Part shown: piece by piece, positions 1-13,123 of the stretch
Position numbering within the stretch: position 1 is the first letter of the stretch
Layout of the letters: each line of letters starts with the position of its first letter
DNA from: Camelus dromedarius
Taxonomy: Eukaryota
Direction of reading: 5' to 3'
DNA: 64,000 bases
Assembly: GCF_036321535.1 (NCBI RefSeq)
Contig: NC_087436.1
Span: 42,596,001-42,660,000, forward strand
Made by a program: the position numbers and the translations under genes
Notes under the pieces: model-generated
What the model was told of the DNA's origin: nothing
The model's database searches: none
The model's input: the letters and a program-made list of their open reading frames with translations, nothing else

Positions 1-3000
1 CATATGAAGGTTTTAGAGAAATCATGTAAGTTGTTGGTGGTCACACAGCTTCTAAGCAATAGAGCCTGTATGGAAACCTAAACTCTTGTGGCTTCAACAA
101 AACCCTTGCTGTTTTCATCACTCTGTTCTGCCTACTATGAAATTTGTAAGCACTTTAGTCTAGTCTTCAAAAAAACAAAACAAATTTGGCCTTACCTTTC
201 TCTCCCTATCTTCAGACTCTCTACTCCAGAGAAAAGACTGATTCACTGTTTCTCAAGCACATCTTACACCTGACTGTCCCCCTTCTTTTGTACATACTGT
301 TTCTACTCCTTGGAATTCACGGTCTATCTCTCTTGGCCCAAATGCCAGCCATTCATTAAGACTCAGCTAAAATATTACCTTCTCTATGGAGGTTTCCATG
401 ATTCCTTAGCCAGAAATATTTATCGCAGTGATGACCTTACATAATTCTTTCTATTACTGTCTTATTAGGCATGATTTTCCACCTCGTTCACAGTTATTAC
501 TGAATCTCTTACCTCCATGCCAGTCCTCTGGGCAGCAAGACTGATTTATTACCTCCATAAATTTCACAGTACCCAATCCAGTGCCTTGTACTAATAAGCA
601 CTAAGAATACATGTGAAAAATGAATGAGTGAAAAGATGAATAAACATTTATTTATTTCCCTCTGGCAGGCATTGTGACAGAGCAGAAATAACATAGAATA
701 TATAGTGAGGAAATCTGAATTACAGTACTAATTCAGCAAATTCCTGACTATGTCCTTGAATGAGTAGTTTAATCTTTTGAAGATGCCATGATTTCATCTG
801 TAGAATAGTAATCATGATAACCTCAAAGGTTATAACACTTAATTGAGAAAACATATGTGAAAATAGTTTGCAAACTTTTATTATATCATTTTAAGTAAAA
901 ATTCTTATAAAGTTAGAGTGACATCTCCATAATGTTTCATCACATACTAACTTTATAAGAACTACTTGTTCTTTTTAAAAGCTTTCTGTGAGTATAGTCA
1001 TATCTCTTTTCCAATTTCAATATGTAAGTACACAAATTTAAAATTAAACTCCATATGTTTCAATTTTAATAAATTTATCCATCAGTATTTTTCACATATT
1101 TTTAGTTCTGAGATGTCCAGGAAGGTGATTAAAGTTACATAGTTTCTAAGTTTCTACATTTGAAGATTGTGTGTGTTGCTGGTGGTTGTTACGCTTGGCA
1201 TGTTGCTGCCGTCATGCTTGGCAGAATCTGTTGGAACCCTGCTAATCTTGTGACAAGCAAAATCAGATGTATATTTAAAAGTACCACACTAAATGAGAAG
1301 AATTAAAAATTGGGTAATGGAAAGGCCAGTGATTAATCACTTCAAATTCCTGTAATCAACAATAATTTTAAAACATTTTATTGAATATGATTAATATATC
1401 TTATACAATTTTGAAGTTAGCTCACCCCAGGGACTACCACTCAGTAGGTGTGCAATAAAGAGTTCTGAATTAAGACATTGTTCTAGGCTTCACAGTGAGT
1501 GGACTTTCATGGGCTCCATGATTACTATTTCATTGACCTCCTAAATGATCATATTGCCTGTAGCATTTGAATCCACATTCCACACTAAGACTTGAGTGAA
1601 ATCTCTGCAACACAGTGAAAAGCATGCCACTCCCTACTTAAAATCTTTTGGAAGCTGCTATTACCTGTGAACAAAAGCCCAATTCTTAAGCATTCCATAT
1701 AAACACTTTCAAAATCTGGCCTCTAACAAGATTCTGGTACTCCCAACATGTTCCCATTTATACCCTCTTTGGATTATCAGGGTACTTGTACTTCCTACAA
1801 GGGCTCTGCCCCTTAACCTCCCCGCCCCAGTCCTTTCTATGCAGAATTCCCTTTGCTGGAATGTTTTTCATTCTCCTCTGGGAAAATGTTATTGCATCCT
1901 TCCTGACCCTCTACTCCCCTCATCTTCCCTCCAATACTTCTCTGATTATTTTACACCTTTATACACAGGCTTTATACACATTTTCTTAGATTTGATAAGA
2001 TGCGGCAGTCAACATACAGTGATAAAATTCTTAGAATTCAAAAGCATGTTGTACATTGTTTTTTCCAACAGTGAACATAGCTGAACATTTTATAATATTG
2101 AATGGGACTCTTCTCTTCACTGACCATATAGAATCGATACCATGTCTTTTATCATATCACCAACAGCAGTTGACCAATCACCTGGACCTGATGGAGAGAA
2201 AAGCCAGAAAATAATCACTAAGTCATTGTCTCTTGCTAAGGAGATACGTTGATATGCTTTCTCAATATTTAATTGTGCTTACGCTTGCTGGAGAGGGTAA
2301 GGGAACCAGCCTTGGAGGAGAAAAAGGCTGGGGAAACTGACAGGACCCTATGAGAGTACTGGATTGTCCCACTCACAGTGTCCCAACTAGCTGGGTAAGG
2401 ATGGTTTGGCAACATTTACTGTCCAAGAAGGTCCAGCCAGTAGGTGGACACAGAAGCAAGTGCCTGAGTGGCAGCCAGTACTTGATTAAATTAAATTCAT
2501 GACCACAAATCCAAAACAGGCATGCAAAAATGCCTGGTCATCCTTTAACCTTCCTCTAGTATGTGTCCAATTCTTCAGGACTCCTATTTCAAAATTTCTC
2601 TTTCCCTCAAACTAACAGTATCCCCTCACCAGCTCATTACTTTGCTTCAAAATTCCATATTCTCTCTTTCATATTACCAATATAAAATTTACCAACCTAC
2701 CAGCGTTGTTTTCTACAATCCATCCTCCAGCAGGCATTGAAGTACTCACATCTGTCAAAGATCAACACCTTCCAGAGCTCCTTCTGCCCTCCTCATGCAC
2801 CTGATTCCTACAATTTTACCCTTTGTCTCCTTCACTATTAATTTTTGTATCTCTAAAAAATCATTCCCCTCTGCATGTAAATGAATTTAAGTTCCTTCTA
2901 TCTACAAAAGCAAAGCAAAAAATTAATTGATCCAGTTTCTCTGCTCTCCTACCTAGCAAAAATTCATGAGTTATCTGTACTTGCTAACTCAATTCTAATT

Positions 3001-4064
3001 AGTAATTTATACTATGTTAACCTATCAATCTATACTATAATTTTTGTAATATCTTATAATAGTAACTGTATTAATGTGTATCATAATAATATAACTGTAA
3101 TATTAATATTATACATGATCAATAATCTTAAGACTTTTAAGAAACCTGTAATTTATTAGAAATTTATAAAAAGATTGTGCCATAATCTTGAATTCAAGGA
3201 ACTTAAGAATTTTTAAACTTTTATTATACTTTTAAAAATTATCTTTGAGATTGAACAATCATGAGGTTAAAGACTGTTATATCCTTCTAACATACCAGAT
3301 TCTAGCACAAGATAAGGCCATAAAAAATGTATGTGAACTGAGTAATTCATACTTATCAAATTAAAGTTTGATTTAGTTTAGAGTTTTTAACACAGTTTAA
3401 AATATAAGCTCAAATACTTGAAATCAGTTTTTTACCTTGATCCTTGTTTGGTTGTCACTGTAATGCTATAAAATTGATTTAATCACACGTTTTTCTAGCT
3501 AAAGGACTTAGTTGAAGATAAAACATTGGGAGTAGAATTGTAACATTTATTTGGCAGTTAAGTATTAAGGAATATATTTATATGTATGTATATTATTCTC
3601 TAATACATATTCTTTATCTATATATGTATATGTCTATGTCTCTGTATATATACTCTAAGCCTCATAACTTGGGGATAATTAATAATATCCACATTTTACA
3701 TAAAAAGAAATCAAGCTCACAAAAGTAAAGTATCTTGGACAAAATCCCATTGTAAGTAATGAAAGTAGAATTCAAACCCCAAAACTATAATTTTCCACTA
3801 CATTACTTGGAAGGTTGACAGAATGGGTTTGGTATAGCTGAACAGCTTATCATTAGAGGAGAAATAAATGACTGTCTTATTAAAGTAAAAGAACAGAAAG
3901 CTAAGGTATAGTTATTTTAAGAATCAGAAATTTATTTCAGACTGGCTTACCCATTCAATTTGGGGAAACTAATCCTTTCCTGTTCTTCCTTTGTTTCATA
4001 TATAAATTAAGGATGACATTACTAGTTTACTTTTCAGAATTTGTAAGAATACTTAAATTAATCA

Positions 4065-4230
4065 AGTTATTCACCATCTGGAGAATTTGTTAAAGCATTC
4101 ATTCCTCTGGGCCTTCCCCCAGAAGTCTTGTTCCAGAAGGTCTAGGGTGGGGCTGGAGAGTCTACATTACTAACAAGCTGCCTGGTGATGATGAAGTTGC
4201 TTATGTAGGAACCACACTGAGTGACACTGC
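4065..4230 (+). mobile_element. MER5A-like hAT MITE
   Basis: AGGTCTAGGGTGGGGCTGGAGAGTCTACATTACTAACAAGCTGCCTGGTGATGATG...GGAACCACACTGAG. Confidence 0.65.
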
Positions 4231-5282
4231 AGTACAGTTTTGGCCTTTAATGCTCCATGACTGTTTATTACCATCTTTATCTCTCTCTCTCTCTCTTTTT
4301 TTTTTACCATTTATTTAACACTTACTATATGCATATGACTATTTAATTTAAGTACTATCCAAGTAACAAGTCCCTTGACTGTTTTTCCTCATATACTCTA
4401 CAATTGAAAGTTTATTTCAGGTCACATAGTTTTTGAAAGAGACATCTTCAAAGACTTTCAAACTTTTGAAAGAGACATCTTCTCTATTAATATGTTTCTC
4501 CTCTCCTATAGAATGAACAATAAAAAAGATTCCTATTTTGGACAACGCAGTTGGCTCAAGAGCAAAAGAACAACTGAATTTTTGAGGACTAAATCCTGAA
4601 ATTCAAAGTACTAGGAGATATAGACATTTTGGCACAATGCTCTTTTCTTTTAGAACCTTTCTACTACAATGCCAACTTGAAGAAAGTGGACATTTATTTC
4701 AGGGCCTTGTTTGGATCAAATTATGAATTTGATCTAATTTGCATCTATTTCCAGATGAATATATATATATCCTAATTTTCTGTAGTGTTTTATGTAGTCT
4801 GAATTAGCTGGGGAATTCATTCTCATCATTTACCTTTAAAAGCAAATTGGGTCATTTCTATCAGTAGTCTGAGATTTGCTAAAATAATTCAATGATTTGG
4901 TTCCAACAATAGAACTTTTCAAATCTCTTTTCTTTTCTGATGTGGCTCTGAATGATCTCAGATGTCAAAATAACAAAACAAAAAACAGAAGTAATTTAAA
5001 ATTGAGGGTTGTTTTTTCTTTTGAGGCAAATGTTTGCATTATGTCAATTAATCATCACCATAAATCTATGGTGTAGATAAATGTTATTACTTCTCAGTCT
5101 TGTAAAGGAGACTCCCAAAGTTAAATGCATATCCTTAGAGGTTCTATAGGGGAGAAAACAATGCATTGACTAATTTGTCAAACTCATTTATAAGCCTTCG
5201 TGAAGCTTCCCATTACCAGTTAATGGTTCATGAGGTAATAACCCTTGATTTAATTGGGCTTCTTGTTTTTATTTCCTTGAAA

Positions 5283-6110
5283 TTCATTCCTTATTCATTC
5301 ATTCATTCAATATTGAGCACCTACTCTTTCCCAGATACCATTCTAGGCCCTGGGAAACATATCAGACCACACAACCTCCCAAAGTCCCTGTTCTCATGAT
5401 ACGTATATTCTAGTGCAAGGAGACACAAACAAATAAAATACATAGTATGCTACAGGGCAATATGCCCCGTAAAGGAAAGGATAGCAGAATAGGGGTGGGA
5501 GTTAAAAGGTTAAGGGTTCAAAGTGAAGAGGGCAATATCAAAGGCTGGGGAAGGCCTCACCAAGAAAAGAGATGAAGGAGGGAGCCTTGTATGTCGCTGT
5601 TCCAGGCAGACAGAACAGTAACTGCACAAGCCCTGAGACAGGAGCACCCCTGGTGTGCTCAGGTACCATCAAGGGGCCATCCAGCTATGCTGGATTAGAG
5701 AGCAGACAAGGGAGATTAAGAGGAGGTGGGGTCAAGGCAGAAAAGAGAGCCAGATCCTGTAGCGCAGTGCAGGCCAAGGCAGGGACACTTCCACTCTGAG
5801 TGAATGGGAGCCAATGGAAGGCTTGGAGCAGAGGGGTGACATGACCCAACTTGTGTGTTCACAGAATTGCTTTGGTGGATGTGTTGAGGATAGATCCTAG
5901 AGGTAAGGTCTGCAGCAGGAAAACCTAGCAAAGAGACAATCGCACTAACCTGTGTGCCTGTGTGAGATATGATGGCGTGCGGAGAGGGATAATGGAGAAT
6001 GATGGATTCTGAGTACATTCCACAGGTAGAGCAGACAGGATTTCTGGATGAACTCCAAATGGGTTGGATGGGTTGGGAAGAAAAAGAGGAATCAGGGCCA
6101 ACTTCAAGGT
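5283..6110 (-). mobile_element. L2 LINE 3' fragment
   Basis: TTCATTCATTCATTCAATATTGAGCACCTACT L2 tail on the opposite strand, followed by purine-rich L2 body (GGGAGCCAATGGAAGGCTTGGAGCAGAGGGGTGACATGA). Confidence 0.75.
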
Positions 6111-6318
6111 CATTCATTCTGCTCTAAGAAAAAACAAAAACAAAACAAAAACAAAAACAAAAACAGTACATGCTCGCTCAAGCAGATAAAGTTACTACTG
6201 ATCACAAATTACAGGAACTTCTTTGACAATTACGTTTTACACTTCAAAGCCCACCAATGAAAAATAGCCTTTGTTTTTCCATTCTCCTTTGCCTGACTTC
6301 CTAAAGTTTGAAAGACTG

Positions 6319-6320
<2 letters not shown>

Positions 6321-6362
<42 letters not shown>

Positions 6363-6366
6363 TTTT
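6321..6366. repeat. (AT)n microsatellite plus poly-T
   Basis: Directly visible. Confidence 0.95.
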
Positions 6367-9064
6367 CATTTCACAGTATTGTTTGGGGAAAGAGTGGTGG
6401 ATGGGGATCAGATGATCTACATTTGCCTTCTGGCTCAGCTACTTACTAATATTCTGAAGAAAGACAAAGTAGCACAGGTAAATGTGGAGGAGAAGGCTGT
6501 TCAGGGCAAGGATGGCATTGACTAGATGAATTTGCCATCCCCATCACTTTTACCACATCAGGCTTACAGACACAAACCCCGCCCACTATTAGCATATCCA
6601 GAGTTTCTTAGATGGTTGGTGAAAAAAGGAAACCAACCAGAAGAACCATTGTATGAACTCAACTTTCCTCACTATTTCCGTCATGCTGAAAATGCTGCTA
6701 CTTCAGGCAGATTAAATATCATGTGTACACAAACAAATATGCACACACCCACATGTTTCTCCCTCTCTCTTGGATTGATGGCAAGGCCAGAGAGTCTGGG
6801 CAGTAGTTGGTGACTGGCTCTGTACCTGTAATTTTAGAGTTATGATGTTAAGGCTTTACTTCTGGTAATATGTTGTTTTTCATTGAAGGTACACCCATTT
6901 TGGTTCTCAGTTTAAAATAGCTAAAAATGGAATGTCTGCTTTCATTTTTTTGAAAAGAGCCATTTAAAAAAACTTTCCACATTGGCGATCTCTTCTTTTT
7001 GTTCTTCAAGTTAGTAAAGCTCTTATGAGTGAATGGGAGTCAATGGAAGGCTTTACTGAGGGTAAAGCTCTTATGAGCTTTACTAAGTTTATGAACCAAC
7101 CCACTGACTTCCCCTGTTGTTTTCTGGACCAGAGAGCAGCTGCTCAGACACTGAGAAAAACTGTCTTGTGAGGAATGTTTATTTCTGTGCATTCACCTTA
7201 GTTACCCTCCATGCTATTGAGATCAAAAAGTTCAACCTCCTCTGATATAACAGTGAGCCCACACTTTCCCTTTCTAGGAGTTTAAAGGCAAGCACTGTAA
7301 AAAATCTCTTATTGATGCAAAAGAAACTTTTTAATGGTTTATTTCTTAAAGAATGCTGAATCTAAAGAACATTTTTTTACAATTTCAAATTCCTCTTCTA
7401 AGGCTCTTAATTTTAGATCTTAGTGTAAAACTGTAGTCAAGCCTTGTTGTCTTGTCACGTAAGTGTTACATCACTTCCCAAGTGCTGGAGGCCTTCCCCT
7501 TGTCTCTGAGAGCAGGGTTTTAGTATCATGTGCCTGGCTGTCTACACAGAAACCGCACCATTGTCTCTTTCTCCATTGCTTATTTTTGACCTTGAGGAGT
7601 TGGCCAGTTCACACATGTTTGTCTGCCGTAGGTGAATTGATTTATTTCCTTGTTGTACTTGGAACTTGTTCTATGATTTAGAAACATTTTTCTTTTTACT
7701 GTGGAACTTTTTATTCAAATGAATTCTTTGCTGGAGCAGCCCAGTATACAAAACATATGAAAGCAGAGCTGCTGGTAGAGGTTCCCAGCCTTAACTCCTT
7801 CATTATCTAACATAGGCTCAGGGCCCCTCTGCCCAACCTCCAGGGCTCCTGGGTCATTGTTCAAGAAACTCAGGCCTCTTTAATCTCTCGGAGTAATTTT
7901 CTCACATGTCAAGGAAGATAAATTACTGACTGAATGCTACAAATGAGTACCTTTTCAATAATGCATTCATTCTCAAGAATATAGAATACAGGCATCAAGA
8001 AACAAAATGTGAAAGTAATGATGCAGCAGCATCAGCGACAAAAAGCCACCAAGCTCCTAAACACATTTTTTAAAGAAAAGCTTTGATTACAACATTTTTT
8101 TTTTACAAACTATGATGTTCATTTTTATGCTTTTAAAGAATCGATGACAGCTTTCAAAGGTGAGGCAGTTCAGTAGTAATCTTGAGGCACTGTGGGACTA
8201 TAGTAGTGAGGGCATGGAAGACTTTAATATTCAAAGGAGGGGTCGTGGAGCTACCTGGAAAATAATAATGAAACAACGTCTGTACAGCAGAGAAGACTTT
8301 TCAGGTGTCAAACTTTCAAGCTTTTCTCTTGTCATAAAATATCGTTTCACTATCCCAGTAGAGAGAAAAGAGTAGGAGGAAACTATCATTCAATAACTAA
8401 GTTGTAGGTAAGCATGTTGCCGAAAAGTTATTGAGAACTAACATTTAAAATTTGTTCTCCTATGTGCATTTTATAAAATGCTCACTATAACTCTACTGCC
8501 TCATTATTAGTTCTCTACCTCTACAGCAGGGGTATCAGCTGTTCAGGTGAGAAATGAGAAGTTGAAAAGACATAATAACAATAAGAATGGAAAAGAAAAC
8601 AAAAATTTTAGACAGTTAGTGATAGAATGGACATTACTTAATACCTGAATGAACATAGCTTGAAATAGAGGAGAAATTGGAAGACCTTCCAAAAGTTCTG
8701 TTCAGGTGACTGGTAGACCATAGTAACATTACCAAAATAGACATTAATCAAAGTTCAAAGTGTGGAATATTATGACTTTAAATCATGCTATTTGGCTTCA
8801 TATTTGCCTTCCAGTTTTCAGAAACCAAATGCCATTTGATAATATGCAACCATATACAACATTCTGGTGACGCAGTTAATCCTATGTTTATTTTAGTTGT
8901 CAAAGTCTAAAAAAATCAAGGTAAATAAATAGAAAGTGAAATATAGTAAGTGTCTATAATGTTTGTGTTTAAATACTACACATGATCATTGTACCTATAT
9001 AAATAAAAAAGATAGCAAACTGAGTCTCTAATGTTGAAATTCACAAACCATAAGACATGAAACA

Positions 9065-9139
9065 TAAAAATTGTGAATCACTGTATTATACATTTGTAAC
9101 ATAGAATATTGTACATCAATGATACTTCAATTTTAAAAA
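9065..9139 (+). mobile_element. Extremely truncated L1 3' tip (75 bp)
   Basis: GAATCACTGTATTATACATTTGTAACATAGAATATTGTACATCAATGATACTTCAATTTTAAAAAA flanked by a perfect 13-bp TSD AAGACATGAAACA (9052-9064, 9140-9152). Confidence 0.75.
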
Positions 9140-10055
9140 AAGACATGAAACAAAGGAAGTGCTGTTTCTCTCTTATCCTGGCCTCTCATGAAAGCTAAAA
9201 ATTCTGTTTCCCTTGAGACTGTGAAATTGTTCACAGGTTCACATATGTCCCTTATGTCCTAATAGCTAAGTGTCTGAGGGAGCTTTATTACTCTGACTCA
9301 TGTTTGACCAGATGATTCAATATTAGGGAACTGATTCACTAGGTCAGGATTGGTCTGTGCATTTGAAATGTTAAACAGGAGATTTTTTAAAAGGAAATGT
9401 CATGCATATTTAGAGGTAAAGCTGTTAATGGGAGAGAACACTGGACTGAGGGTAAACATAAATTATTTCTCTACCTTGGCACCCCTTCAATGTGCTGTTG
9501 GCTTATGAGGTATATGTTCTGGAGGAGCCTTCAAAAAGATGTCTACAGAAATTTGAGGCAGATTACTTAATTTAACAACATTTGCCTAAAAAGAAATGTT
9601 CTTTTCAGACAGTTCTAGTTATTAGTATAATTTTTATAGTGCTTTAAAGTCACTATTTTAAGAAAAAAGACATCACTTTATCCCTCTCATTCCCAAAACT
9701 AAAATGGCTTTGATTCTGGAGAGGTTATTAAAAGGGTCGGTGGAGTAGAAGTAAAAAGAGTTTGTGTAACCTGTGTGAAGAGTTTGGCCTTGAAACATAA
9801 GCAAGAGAGAAGTAGTGTGGTAATTTTAAAAGTAGCAGGTTCAAAGAGAGGGTATTTTCAAGATAAAGACAAACGCTTGAAGATGTGAGTGAAAGCATAC
9901 CAGAAAACAGGGGCATTAAGTAGGAAGTAAATGATTAAACAAATGAGAGGTAAAAGTGTACCACAATCGTCCTCTTCTCAGCCTATTTGAAATCTTAATT
10001 TATACTTAAATATCTAGATCGATGTCCTCCAAATCTGCTGTGCCTTAAGCCCTGT

Positions 10056-10108
<53 letters not shown>

Positions 10109-10119
10109 GTAGATAGATA
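10056..10119. repeat. (GATA)n tetranucleotide microsatellite
   Basis: About 16 GATA units with one GGTA interruption. Confidence 0.95.
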
Positions 10120-10912
10120 ACAGCTAAAGGTAAAATATCCAGAATAAAAAAGATAGAGAGAAAAAAATAGCAAATCTATGATGTAGGGGCCTGATATTTA
10201 TCAAAGCTAATGGTTTACAGAATTTTAATTATCATAATGGTGTCTGGTTTGGGTAACATGATATAATTAGAAACATAATTAATTGATTCCTTAATTTCTC
10301 GACACATAGGGAAATATTAGACTGCAATCAGTCTTTAGTCTAACCTTGATAACACTGTGCTCCTGGTTACGCACATAATTTTTTTTATTATAATTTTGCT
10401 TCTGTAACTTTCTCCCCAGTTTGACTGGATTTTCAGAGTGCAGTGCTTTATGTACAGGAACATTAAGTAAGTTGGCTGGCTTTTCATCTTTTTTACTCAG
10501 CCGCCTCACTCAGTTCAAGTTGCATCAGGAGAACTGCTGTTCAGCTTTCTTTTCCATGGTAGTTTGGAAGGAGAGGGTAAGAGGAAATAGAGGCTCTGGG
10601 CAGTGGCAACAGCTGGAAGGCATCTCTAATTAGATTCCAGGCGGACTTGGGCTGCGTTTATAACTTTCCATATGCTGGCTTATAGTTTCTTTTAAGAAGT
10701 TCCCAAAACAACATGCAAATTTAAAAAGATTTGTTGCACTTGTATGTGTCACTCAATCTGAAGCTGTTTTCTTGAGCACCTTAGTATGGAACATAGAATG
10801 GTAATCGCTGACTCCTAACTTAGAAGGTGTTGTCCAAGAGGATGTCTTAGAAGGTCTGTGTGCTTGACTGACTTGTTATTTATGCATAAAATTTCTAAGA
10901 CTGCCATTACAT

Positions 10913-11871
10913 CATAAAATTAAAAGATATATTTAAGCCGTGTAGATGATATTCTGACTTTTAAGGTTCTCCTCACATAGGCAGTTTGGAGTCTTTTTTG
11001 CAAGGTAATGTTACTTACTTAAAAAAAAAAAAAGCATAAAAGAAGCAAACCATTATATTCAATATACAAACAAATTAGTGACCATAAACTATGAAAACAT
11101 ACGTTGTGCATTTGTGATTATGGTTTTGTGCTCAGCAATAGAGAGAGAACTGGAAGTTGTTGGGTTTTGTTTTTCAATGTTGTATCCTGGAAAGGTTGAT
11201 TTAAAATTTTCCTACTCAGTGGAGCTAAAAATCACACTTGCTGCAGAAGAACTTTAAAGACCTATTGCCATTCTCAAATAAACAGTTGACTTAATTTTGA
11301 ATTTTACTTTTCAGTAAAATGTATTTCTTATTAGTTTTATAGTCATACAGGATTTATTTTTGTTTTCACTTTTCTCAGGAGAGGTCTCTGAAATTAACTT
11401 TTGAAAAGATGTGTAAAGACGGTAATAAAGATATGTAAATAAAGTGGAAATAAGATATGTAAATACAAGGTGTAAATTTTAAAAATACCTTTGAGAGAGT
11501 TGAATATAAGAATTGTCATTATCCCAAAGCATCAGACATCACATTGAAGCCTTGATCGCTATTAACTTACTATGTAATGAGTTCCCCTCAAGGCCCACCT
11601 TCCCAAACCTAGCCTTGCCTAAAAACATTGCATAAAATAAAAAGATGTATTTAAGCCATGTAGATGATATTCTATCTGACTTTTAAGGTTCTCCTCACAT
11701 AGGCAATTTGGAGTCTTTTTTGCAAGGTAATGTTACTTATTTAAAAAAAAAAGGCATAAAAGAAGCAAACTGTTGTATTCAATATACAAACAAATTGGTG
11801 GCCATAACTATGAAAACATATGTTGTACATTTGTGATTATGGTTTTGTGCTCAACAGTTGAGAGAGAACTG
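10913..11871 (+). repeat. Local direct duplication of ~240 bp (10913-11152 and 11631-11871)
   Basis: Both copies read CATAAAAT..AAAGAT.TATTTAAGCC.TGTAGATGATATTCT...GTGATTATGGTTTTGTGCTCA...GAGAGAGAACTG; roughly 90% identical by eye. Confidence 0.92.
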
Positions 11872-12665
11872 TGCTGCCCACAATTATTAAAGACATTAAT
11901 TATTCTAAAGTAAAATGTATTCTTTAATGAATGACAACATACATAATTATGTAGGTTCATCTTACCTGTGAAGTGGCAACAGTCTGTGAAATGGTCCTTG
12001 GCCACTGTTCTCTTCCTTCCACCGTTTTTTTCCATTAAGCTCCTGGAATTGTCTTACTAAATTGCATATCAGATGGTGCTGTTGGCCATGGGGAGCCCAC
12101 ATCTCAGCACAAAAGACCCGTCACAAACCAGCCCCTCGCTGTCTTTCCAGACTCCTTTCTCACTGCTCCTCGAAGTATCCTATAATCTACTTACATGCCT
12201 GATCATGTCACCATTTCATGAAGTTATCCCTTTCTCATACTTTGGTGCCTTTTTGTGCTGTTTCTTTTGAAGTGACTTTTACCCCTTTCTCATCCTGTGT
12301 ATATGTGATTTATCCATCAGAACTCAAATCAAATTTTACTTCCTTTGCTAATTCCTGCAGATAAGTGTCTCCTTTTTTATTCACATATTTTATTTACACT
12401 TATCAGTACTACAGCTCTCATCACCATATTCTCCATTGCACTTTGAGCTCTTCAAAGGCATATGCCTTATCTTAAAAATTTAAATTTCCCCATATCTGAC
12501 ATTACATGGCGTAAACAGTCAATAAATATTTATTAAATGAATGGGTGTCTAACTAATTTCCAGTATATTTGTAATACTTCTTTTTTAAATTTATCTTTAT
12601 TTTTTATTGAAGCATAGCTGATTTACAATATTGCGTTAGTTTCAGGTTTATAGTAAAGTGATTCA

Positions 12666-12668
<3 letters not shown>

Positions 12669-12706
<38 letters not shown>
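12669..12706. repeat. (TA)n microsatellite within L1
   Basis: Directly visible. Confidence 0.95.
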
Positions 12707-12708
<2 letters not shown>

Positions 12709-13075
12709 TTTTTTCAATTATTTTCCATTATAGTTTATTACAAGATATTGAGTATAGTTCCCTATGCTATACAGTAAATCCTTGTTGTTTATCTATTCTA
12801 TATATAGTAGTGTCCTTCTATTAATCCCATACTCCCAATTTATCCCTTTCTCCCACTTCCCCTTTGGTAACCATAAGTTTGTTTCCTATGTCTGTGAATC
12901 GGTTTCTGTTTTGTGTATAGACTCATTTGTATTATTTTTTAGATTCTACCTTTAAGTGATACCATATAATATTTATCTTTCTCTGGCTTACTTCACTTAG
13001 TGTGATAATCTCTAGGTCCATCCATGTTCCTGCAAATGGCATTATTTCATTCTTTTTTATGGCTGAGTAATATTC

Positions 13076-13083
<8 letters not shown>

Positions 13084-13120
<37 letters not shown>
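13084..13120. repeat. (TG)n microsatellite within L1
   Basis: Directly visible. Confidence 0.95.

Positions 13121-13123
<3 letters not shown>

Noticed and set aside
10913..11871. Direct repeats read as an LTR pair or TRIM-like mini-retroelement
   Set aside because: No TG...CA termini, TSD, PBS or PPT recognised; kept only as a local duplication.
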